DNA from: Phoronis australis
Taxonomy: Eukaryota; Animalia; Phoronida
Assembly (NCBI GenBank): GCA_002633005.1
Contig: NMRA01000021.1
Coordinates: forward strand, 1,519,392-1,583,391
Length of the DNA: 64,000 nt
Direction: 5' to 3'
Part shown: piece after piece, positions 54,429 to 64,000 of the stretch
Layout: the number at the start of each line of letters is the position of its first letter
Position numbering within the stretch: the stretch's first letter is position 1
Program-made: the position numbers and the translations under genes
Notes under the pieces: model-generated
What the model was told of the DNA's origin: nothing
What the model saw: only the letters and a program-made list of their open reading frames with translations
Databases searched by the model: none

Positions 54429-57400
54429 ATGTGGTTAAAAAGTGAAATGAAATGCAGACTGCTGGACCAACCAAATTCATGTATGACATGTACTCACGTT
54501 TTTTCAGATGTATTCTACCATAATCGTAATTTTATTATGATTTCAACACCTGCTCTGGCACCGATCGTAGATTTGGGTCAACGTTTATCCTCAACTTCTC
54601 TCAAAAAATTCAATTTAGTTTTCTTCGTATTTCAATTTTCTACTCAGTCAATCATTTGCCAAGCTTTGTTGTCATATGTTTACATGTTTACCGCGTTAGC
54701 GTAACAAATTTTTACATGAACGATGTGCTCTTTATGCGTATAACATTACTCTTAGTATGCGTATAACTTTACACTGTTTTCACGTATTCACTCAAAAGTA
54801 TACATTTCTCACACAGGATGCTTGCGTTAATGCAACCCCTGATTTTTTGCTCTTTAATTTGAGCAGACGTTAACCTGGATGAGTATGGTTTGCTTTAGTC
54901 TGAGGTTCTGCTCCATGTGCAGGGATATTCCTGGACTGCACCTTTGTGCCATTAAGGCATAAAATATATAGAGACGGAAGTACATTGCAGCAGTGTGCCT
55001 TCCAGACCCATCTTTTAAAACACAACACTCTTCAAAAAATGCAAGATTCTCGTCAACTTTTTGCCAGTCGAGTAATATGTGATTCTTGTCTTAATCGCCC
55101 TTGGTGTTTCTGTTTCATATGTTACCACTTCAATTGCACTAAGTCTGCTGGGCATAACTTTTTGAAAAAAGGCACACGATTATGATCAGGTGTGACCAAA
55201 GGGCACAGGTTCAAACCTGGCCATGAATATCCCTGCAACTGACACTGCCTGCTGATTATAAGTGGTCCATGTACTTCATAGAAGTTTTAAGTTATCAGCA
55301 TAAAATATGTGTAATCATAGGTGCCAGAACTGTGTTATTTTAATTTTCAAACTTTGCTTACTTTCGTTCAAGGACTTTAGCACATCTATTCTTGATTTCC
55401 AGTTGAATACCTAAGAAAGAAATTTCCTCAACCCCAGCAGCTAGTTGATGAGGTCCTATCCTCAGTGGTGGCTGTGGACCCCACTGTCGTCCCACAGAAG
55501 ACCACTGTACCACTGATGCCATTTACACCTTGGGAAACATGGAAGGTAAGGAACTGCTGCATTCCTCTGGAATAATGCCTGATGTTGTCGGTTGTAACCC
55601 AAGTTGGTGATTTGGGTTTAGAACCAGAAAGTTGAATTTTGGGAGACAAAATGAGCATTCATGAAAATATGGGGCTCTACGCCCAATATAGTGTAGACTG
55701 TAAAATTTCACTAGGGGAGGTGGAGGGGAGAGGTTGGAACCATCCAAACATGACTATTTAGAGGTATTAATTTTGAAAAGTAGAGCTTTCTGTTAAGAGT
55801 TTGCCAAAAGCTATAAATGCTTTTATACAGGTCAGCTTACACTCCAAGTGGCCCGTAAAGTTCAAGGTCGCTGGAAAGAGCAGTCGGGTTGAGCTGGCAG
55901 AAGAGAATGCGTACCTGTTGGCCTGTGCTATGCTGTCTGTGAGTCGTGATAAATATTTAGTGCATATATACTTACACGTAATTAGGAAGATTCGTTTGTG
56001 GCACAGATGCATTGTGAACCCCTATCTCTAGCTATGACTGACATGTGCAGTGCTATGATTGAAATGGAATTTTCTCTAACAATTATTTCTTCAGTGCAAT
56101 AAATTGTGGAAAGATTTAGACACTTAATGCGCATTTAAGTCCACACAGGGCTGATTAGGTAAAGCAAACTTCAAATAAGAATAAATTGATATGGTAGCAG
56201 CCCTTCTTTAACATAGACTTCATTGAAAACACGACTATAAACTTTTTGTTTGAAAGCTTGATACAGGGTTGAAAAAAACACCTTTTCAGGTGGGCAGCTA
56301 TGTAGCAAAACAACGAGAGACATAAACAGTCAAATTAAAACACTTACTAACTGCTATGTTTCAAGACTGCACGTCTCATCATCAGGCAATAAGTAGAATG
56401 AACACATTATGAAGCAAAGTAAACTGTGAAATACATGTGACAGCGGGAAGAGGGGCATACAAGCAGAATTTGAATGCAACACACGATAGGAAGCCCGCAA
56501 CCCTATTGGAACAGAGCCTGTGTGCAGTACACACCTGCAAGCTGCTCATTCAACAGGTTTTTCGTGACTGATTAATAGCTATGTTATGTCTCTCGGTGTT
56601 TTGCTACATAGCTGCACACCTAAAGAAAGGAGATTGCTTTGACACTGCGAATGACTCTGTATAAAGCTTTCAAACGAGATTAGTCGTGTTTTCGTTGAAG
56701 AATTCTGTGAAATAAATGTACTGCATTCAGTCCAGGGTTATATCATGAGTTGTGTAATTATGAAAGTTAACTCGCCATATTAAAACACCACGTGAAGACT
56801 TCCACCCCAAAACCTGAACCGAAACAAGAATTCTCAAAGATAGCGCTGCCCACTTTGATTCGGAAGTTTTAAGCAGGTATTCCCATAAAATGTTCATGCA
56901 AAATTGAGACCCACTATGAACGAAAGTTGAACCTGGAGATTTTTGCATTTTGCAATTTTTGCGACTGCTTTCAACTGTAGGCTTAGGTTGAGGCGCTGGT
57001 GTCGTGAACATACAGTGTATTAGGCATCAACATTCATTTGTAAATTATGCGAAATTCAGCCAACAGACAACCACTTTGAATCAAACAATTAAAAATCAAT
57101 GCAATTCATTTTTGGATCCTCACCAAGAAGCACCTGTTCTTGCCAAGCCCAAAATTCGCTGCTGTGAAGTTATCATATTATTTAGGACCTTGGACTTGTT
57201 GACAGCAATGGCCAACCACTGGATTACAAGGAAACATTTTACGAGCTGCTAGAGAATGTGTCCCACAAGGCATTTACAATGCAGAAGATCAACGTGACGA
57301 GTACTCGCTATACAGGTTTGTATAACATAGTGTTGTTGAACTGAAAGGTGGATTCAAGGGGTCCGGGCCTCACGGTGGACATGCCGCTAAAAGCTGCCGA

Positions 57401-59975
57401 CAGGCTGCTTTCAAGAACTACTCAAACATTTTCCTGCAAGTTCATGGTTGCCCCCTAATGACATTGTAGACTTGTCAATGCATTAAACTTTTTAGTGCAA
57501 TGTACACATATAATTGAAAAATATTACCTCCCCCATACATATAAAGCAATGGTCCTATTTGGACAGATTAAGCATATTTGCTTGCGGTAATATCCAGAGC
57601 ATTCAAATTGTACCTTAGGTGAAGCCGTTAAACCAATCATGAACATTTAAAAGGAACATTTTTGAAAAGTTGGGTGAGTTTACCTGACAATCCATTTGGT
57701 TAACGACCTGGGAATTGTATTGATGGATGTAACATTGGTAGTATTAATTAAAAAGTCAAACAGGGTGTGGATAAAGTGCTGGTTGTGACGCAAGAAAATT
57801 GCAAGCTTTTTGGGTCATGGAGCTCTGATATTCACAAAGATATGGTGCTTCAAAGAGGGATTCTATAACCAAACTTGGGTATAATATTTTTAAAAATTAA
57901 GGATGTGCGTTTAGCCGAATGTGGGCATTAACCGGCAGAAGATTACAATGAAACAAGGCTTGGAATTTTCCGCGGAAACACGGATTTCTGCTTTTTTCAA
58001 ATGTTCCGTCCGCGTATTTTGTTATATTTCCGCGTAAAAAAATTGGATTTGATATAAAATTTCTGCGGCAAATTCCTTTCTTACCGTGGCGTTGCCGACG
58101 ACTTTCACCTCAAAAAGCGGAAGTTGCACTTTATGTTTCGGAGGAATGTAAATTGTTAACATTGCTGGGGCATCTGAGATAGCGTGGTGGATTTTTCAAT
58201 GGCGTCTCGTGTGATTGTAAACCGCGGTGACAAATACTACGACTCTGCAGCCAAAATTGTGTGGAGATGGGAGTTGACGGACGAGCTAAAAAGACGCAGA
58301 CGCACGCTTCTGGAGGTGGTACCGTTTTTTTTTAGTCCCCCCGATTTTTGTTGGCAAAAGGTCCACATCGACTATGTCGAGGCTGGGAAGTGCGCATGTT
58401 TTGGGCCGTAAAAATTTCCGCGTTTTTCGTCATTGGTCATTCCAAGCCCTGATGAAATTAGGCCTACATTGTAAATTTGTGCCTATCACATTTTTTGACT
58501 TGAATGTTTCAACTGCTACTACCAGCTTCTTCACATAATATAAGGTCTGAAAAATCTCAAAAGTTTTTATCTTTCAGCTATTCAGAATCCATAGGCAATA
58601 AAACAACATTCTCAGCCAGGACCATCAAAATTTTTTTGTTAAGCTGTGTTCACTTACACTGGACAACTGGGATAATTGTATTAACGATGAGCAGGGTGGA
58701 CAAAGAACTGCTTTCACTGACCTTGCGTATTGATTTCAAAAGGCTTATTGTCTGGGTTGTATAATAATGGTTCGTAAAATTCTAAGCCAGAGTAATCATC
58801 ACTATGCAGACTAGTTAACCCCTCCTAACCCAACGTGGTAAATAGTTACCAAGAAATTGGGTTCATTCGTCCGATAATTTTTAATTTTTTAGTTTTTGTG
58901 TAAATCCTTTGTTGAATTTAATGTCGATGTATTACGGTCTGTGTGTCATTTTGCAGGCATCAATGGTTGTCTATGGAAGACGGTGATTGACTGTACTTGG
59001 CCATGTGACATTCAAGAAGTGGCTTATGGGAAAACTCAGGAGGAAAGTGAACGCAACGCCACCATGCACATCTGTGTCAAATTAAAGGTTACTGTTACTG
59101 TTCATTTTCTCCATGCTTGTATTTTCTCTAAGAGTTAATTTTTTCAGTCAGTGCGAACTATGTAGGACCCTACAAAAATGCAGTCAAGTCACCCTTATAT
59201 TGTGCAAGTTGCAGCTTGCAGCAGCAGAGCTTTCAACTGTTACTTGCAAGAAAAACATTAAACATTTTCAATTCTTGTGATCTGTTGTTGTTGGTTATGT
59301 AGGTAACTGAGTCTCTTCTCTCTGTTACAGTCTCTCAAGATCCTTGATAAAAGAAATCGGATCTGTAACCCAGTGGTGATGAGGCTATCCAACTTAACCC
59401 TAGAGTCAGATATTGATAATATCCAATGTGACTATGAGTTTTACGTTGACGCCTCTGTGAAAGGCTTTGGAGGATACCTTCTGACAATGAAAACTGAACT
59501 GCATGAAAATCCTATTTTGTGGATAAAAGAACCATGGCCTGATAATGTTCTCCATTCCTACACCAGGCCGTTCATTCCGACGACTTTCCTCGAGTTTTAC
59601 AGCATTGTGGCTACTGTGTACACATGGAAACGAAAATTTATGAATAAGAACGTCTTATGCTGGTGTGACAATCAAACTGCCGTCGACATTGTGAACAAGG
59701 GTCTATTCATGTCAGCGCCAGCGAAGCGGAACAAGTATTTCAAACTCTTCCAGTTACTCAGAGATACGTGCGTCAAGTCTAACATCACGCTTGTTGCAAG
59801 GCACGTGAGCAGAATTGAAAATGTTGCAGCAGACTCTTTAAGCAGATTCGACGTGGAGGCGTTCCGTGCAATGTACCCTAATTCTATGAATAAGGCAACA
59901 AAGACTAAGAAGCTGCTGTTCTTGTCACGGTTAATTCCAAAATCACCAAATGATGACACTGGTAAAGATTTATAA
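54429..59975 (+). CDS. Putative chimeric protein: two DHX30-like dsRNA-binding domains plus a DIRS/Ngaro-type RNase H domain; 6 exons, ~402 aa
   Basis: Exons: 54429-54480 (least certain), 55403-55545, 55831-55938, 57186-57315, 58957-59087, 59331-59975. All GT-AG with matching phases (1,0,0,1,0), 1209 nt, no internal stops. Translation includes EYLRKKFPQPQQLVDEVL...WKVSLHSKWPVKFKVAGKSSRVELAEENAYLLACAMLSDLGLVDSNGQPL and WKTVIDCTWPCDIQEVAYGKTQEESERNATMHICVKLKSLKILDKRN, then FYVDASVKGFGG...FLEFYSIV...CWCDNQTAVDIVNKG...ARHVSRIENVAADSLSR. Confidence 0.8.
56218..56700. mobile_element. ~480-bp element with long (~110-bp) imperfect inverted repeats, intronic
   Basis: Left arm cttcattgaaaacacgacta...tttgaaagctt...cagctatgtagcaaaacaacgagagacataa mirrors right arm ttatgtctctcggtgttttgctacatagctg...aagctttcaaa...tagtcgtgttttcgttgaag. 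Confidence 0.8.
57954..58451. mobile_element. Non-autonomous DNA transposon (hAT-like TIR) with a 6-bp flanking direct repeat
   Basis: Ends caaggcttggaat and attccaagccctg. ATGAAA lies immediately on both sides (57948-57953 and 58452-58457). Confidence 0.7.
59331..59975 (+). CDS. Terminal exon encoding a DIRS1/Ngaro-type RNase H domain
   Basis: Uninterrupted 214-aa frame behind a strong acceptor (tctcttctctctgttacag). D-E-D-D residues in VDAS, FLEFY, CDN and ADSLSR. Confidence 0.9.
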   Translation, partial: SLKILDKRNRICNPVVMRLSNLTLESDIDNIQCDYEFYVDASVKGFGGYLLTMKTELHENPILWIKEPWPDNVLHSYTRPFIPTTFLEFYSIVATVYTWKRKFMNKNVLCWCDNQTAVDIVNKGLFMSAPAKRNKYFKLFQLLRDTCVKSNITLVARHVSRIENVAADSLSRFDVEAFRAMYPNSMNKATKTKKLLFLSRLIPKSPNDDTGKDL

Positions 59976-59976
59976 C

Positions 59977-59982
59977 AATAAA
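59977..59982 (+). promoter_or_regulatory. Candidate polyadenylation signal
   Basis: AATAAA just after the stop codon at 59975, followed by a T/GT-rich tract. Confidence 0.45.
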
Positions 59983-61964
59983 GTACTAAACTAAGATTTT
60001 GTTGTAGAATGTCGTTCCTGTTACATTTTGAGTAGCACCAATTCAGTTGAATGACTTACCAAGCACTTTGTAGACAATCATGTTTTTCCGAGATGATTTT
60101 AGAGTTATAAACCGTGCAATGACTCACAATGCTCATAAAATAAAAATCGAAACATTTCTTTTTAAAAATACACTTGTCTGTATTGTCTCACTTCTTTTTC
60201 AGTGTTCTCAAATCTCACTGGTCGTATTACAATTGAATCCGACTTTCAGTGGTTATTTGCTTAAATATTTCATTTCCGTTTTTCCTCATCTCATGTTTGT
60301 CTCGTCATTCAAACTGTGCACCTAAGTTTGAATGAGGCCATTTGGTATTCAGAAACACCCTCACCCAATGCACAGGTTTCCCACGAGTCATTGACATTGT
60401 TAAACTGAGTTGTGATTCGTTGATTGGTAGCCAATCCTATTCTGGTATTTTTCATATTTTGGAATTTTCTCTGTATTGTACCTGTAACTATCCTGTCATC
60501 CATTCCTTGAATAAAGCTGGACAATGGTGGATGCTTTGCTGTCAAAACATGTCGCTATATTTTACACCCAGTAGATGTCTTTATTTAAACTTTACTTGTG
60601 TTTGTCAGCCTGAGTGCGAGATCATTCACCTACACTGTATTAAATGGTTTGAAATGCTGCACAGGTTCCAGTATGGCACATCTGCCTAACTTCGATATCG
60701 TGTTTCCTTTAAACTTCCCCGAAATATGATCACATCTCACACACAAAGCTTCAAACTACAAATGATAATTCAGACTGGTATCCTTTCAATTGGAGGTTGT
60801 ATTATACTTTCTAGTCTTTCAGGGAGTTGTTATTCGTCAATAAATTGCTACCTAGACCAACTACAGTGACAGTTCACGTCCTCACTGCCTTGAAACGCAA
60901 TTAAAATCCTACAAAGCTGAAATGTACATGGCCAATTAGGGAGGATGTTACTTTGCATCGACAACTTCAGTTCGATGTACTACATTGCTTCCATAGCTCC
61001 AAAATGACCTGCAGATTAAATCTACGATAAATGCATGGTCTCGAGTAATAACGAACTGTCATTTTTTTGTTAGGGCGAAACTTCAGACTTCGACTCCAAC
61101 TTCGGATTAAGTTGAAAAAAGATAAAATTTAGTGGATAACATCAAATGTTATTTTGTAATTTGACAGTGTATTTATTGTGCTAAGCCAGCATCTAGAATT
61201 GTGAACGGACAAATTTCAAAGATTTACTCAAATGTTGCTCATACAATTGAGGTCGTGTATATAAAAACACAGCTTCTTGAGTTGCAATTCCGCAGTAGTT
61301 TTCAAGGTAAAATGGGCCACTTTGGAAATCGCACTTCGCACTTTCTCGAAGCTGCGACAACTTGCCTCCAGTGTCGATTAGTTTCATATAGGGGCAAGGC
61401 AAAGAGGTAACGTAACATTGGATCCTAATCTTCGACTAAAATGCTTTTTAATCACAACAAAGTTTTAATTAAACTTACTCTGACAAGACGTTAGTCCAAG
61501 TACTGTGGCAGGGTCTAATGGAGTTCTGTCGAAGTCCAGTTTAGTTTGAAAACTACTGTACGTACGAATAGGTACAAAAGCGCGAATGTGGTTACCAAAT
61601 ATTGGTGTAGATTGTGGCTATCAAATGTTACCTCTGTGTTAATTATAAACATAAATAACGACACAATAATGTTTATGTTATGTTGCATTTCAATATTTCT
61701 ATATTATACAAGGAAGCAGTCCTGCGCATGTAAGACTTGCCATCATGTTTATTACTTTGTAAAAGCGTAGATCATGCATAGCACAGGCACAGGAGTTTCA
61801 AGATGACTCGTAACCATAAGAAACACATTATTTTATTATAGTGAATTTTGTGATTGATGATCGAGGAGCAGATAAACTCAAGGTTCTGAAACAGCATGAA
61901 ACAGAAAGACAATAGGATAGAGTAAAATACATATTAGTTTGTGTGTAAAGATAACATTAGTTAA

Positions 61965-63473
61965 AACTAGAAAGAGTACTGTCAATGCGTGACAACTATG
62001 GACTCTGCGCGTGTGTATTAAACGAATTGTTATTGGAAGCTACTGAAAGCAACCCGTTAACACATTTGAAAAGGAATTCTTTAAAGTTGTAGGAAAAATA
62101 ACATGCAAATATTTTGATGACCTTTCCACTAATTGACCTCTTTCGGTGCATTATGAGCCTGGATGAGGGAATAATTGTAAATTCCATTAAAAGTGAGGTT
62201 AATGCTAAGAATCACAGATGTTTTACTTTAAGCACTTTATAATACAACATGAATGAATTGGTCAAACTTTCAGAAGAAAAATGCACCTAATGACCCCATG
62301 GGGGCACCAAATGACCTGATACAAAAACTCAATCACATTTACTAACCAGATATGTAATTCTGAGTCTCTAGCTCAAAATTTTAGTTTGCACTCAATGACC
62401 TTTGACCTATTTTCTCTGATTGAATGACTCTATTGCTTAGTAAAGTAGGGTATTTCATTGGCATGTAGGTTTACACCAATGTGAAGGAATTGAAAAGAAT
62501 TCCTTGAAAAATGTAGAAGAAATAAAATTTTCAAAAGTAGATGACCTTTGCACTAATTCACCCTATCCAGTGCATTACAAGCCCTTTTAGTAGAACTATT
62601 GCAAAGTCCGTGAAAAGTATATTTAATGTTGAAAATCACAGTTGTCTAACGGTTGGCACATCAGACTACTTGGTGAATGAAAAGGACAAATTTTCAGAAG
62701 CAAAATGTACCTAATGACCCCATGGTTGTACTAAATAACCTAAAACATCGTATTTCAAATTGAATTAGATGTAACAATCAGACTTGTGAATTTGAAGTGT
62801 CTCGCTCAAAATTTTAGTTTGCACTCAATGACCTTTGACCTATTTTTCAGATTGGTTAGGCCTATTGCGTGGTAAAGTAGGGTGTTCATTGGCATGTTGA
62901 ATTACTTAAGTATCCTGAAATTGAAAATAATTCCTTGAAAAACGTGAGATATAACACTTTGAATGTTAGATGACCTTTGCACTGATTGACCCTATCAGAA
63001 TACTTGGTGAATGAAACGGTCAAATTTTAAGAAGAAAGATGCACCTAATGACCCCATGTTTGCACTAAATGACTTGAAACTTTGGATTCCAAATTGAATA
63101 ACCTGTGCCAATCAGACCTGTGAATTTGAAGTGTCTAGCTCAAAATTTTAGTTTGCACCTATTGACCTTTGACCTGTTTAACCTGATTGGATGACCCAAA
63201 TACAAAGTAATTTTTTAAATTGCCTTATTGACTTATACCTGTGTACCGAATTTGAAAAGAGTAGCTTTTAAAATAAAGAAGGAGTAGCATTTTGAAAATT
63301 ACATGACCTTTGCACAAAATTACCTCTTCCGGTGCATTATGGAATATGATTATATAACGAATCGAAATTCGTGTACTGTCAAAACTCATATGCTGTATTT
63401 CAAGACTGTACCTACACCCAATTTGGAGTTATTGGGCCTCAAAGTTGGTCGGAAGAAGAATAAGAAGAATAAG
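61965..63473. repeat. ~1.5-kb non-coding repeat element with internal ~425-bp subrepeats rich in TGACCTTTGACCT
   Basis: Starts aactagaaagagtactgtcaatgcgtgacaactatggactctgcgcgtg. Subrepeats start near 62115, 62541, 62969 and 63303. Ends in a (gaagaataa)n tract. Confidence 0.8.
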
Positions 63474-64000
63474 AACTAGAAAGATTATTGTCACGGCGTG
63501 ACAATAACGGACTCTGCGCGTGCGTATTACTGGAATTATTATGGGAAGTTACTGACAGCAACCCGTTTACAAATACGAAAAGGAGTTCTTTAAAATTGTA
63601 GGAGAAATTACATTTTAATTTTTTGATGACCTTTCAACTAATTGACCTCTTCCGGTGCATTATGAGACCCGACGAGGGAGTAATTGTTAACTCGATTAAA
63701 AATGTGGTTAATGCTAAAAATCACTGACGTTTTACTTTAAGCACTTCAGAATACAAGACGAATGAATTGGTCAAACTTTCAGAAGAAAAATGCACCTAAT
63801 GACCTCATGGGTGCACAAAATGAACTGAAAATTTAGAATTCAAACTCAACCGCATTTACTAAACAGATTCGTAATTTTGAAGTCTCTAGCTCAAAATTTT
63901 AGTTTGCACTCAATGACCTTTTACCTATTTCTTCTGATTGGTTAGGCCTATTTTGAAGAAAAGTAGGGTATTCAATTGGCATGTTGACTTACACCAGTGT
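63474..64000. repeat. Second head-to-tail copy of the same element, truncated by the window end
   Basis: Starts aactagaaagattattgtcacggcgtgacaataacggactctgcgcgtg and is colinear with 61965 onward. Confidence 0.85.

Noticed and set aside
55403-59087. Calling the plus-strand gene DHX30 itself
   Set aside because: Only the dsRBD-like region is present. The next in-phase exon encodes RNase H and a stop, and no DEAH helicase motifs appear up to the window end.
59331-61900. Intact DIRS/Ngaro retrotransposon
   Set aside because: No RT upstream, no tyrosine recombinase or gag ORF, and no terminal or split repeats seen. The RNase H sits behind a splice acceptor, in frame with host-like exons.

Overview
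Animal (invertebrate bilaterian) genomic DNA, AT-rich, with spliceosomal introns, one 288-nt N gap and one single N. I rebuilt three multi-exon genes by hand from GT-AG sites with matching intron phases. (1) A Pox-neuro-type Pax gene on the minus strand (8811-3205) whose paired domain appears to lack the RED subdomain. (2) A complete 10-exon PARP3 on the minus strand (48199-37087, 531 aa, H-Y-E triad intact). (3) Head-to-head with PARP3, a 6-exon plus-strand gene (54429-59975, about 402 aa) that joins two DHX30-like dsRNA-binding domains to a DIRS/Ngaro-retrotransposon-type RNase H domain with all four catalytic acidic residues. The third gene is the most interesting: it looks like a domesticated chimeric dsRBD-RNase H. 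The window also has four tRNA-Gly(TCC) genes, a gene-poor stretch upstream of the Pax gene, a LINE RT fragment inside a 1.2-kb duplication, a tRNA-derived SINE, several MITEs and tandem repeats. Family assignments come from recalled motifs; no database search was run.
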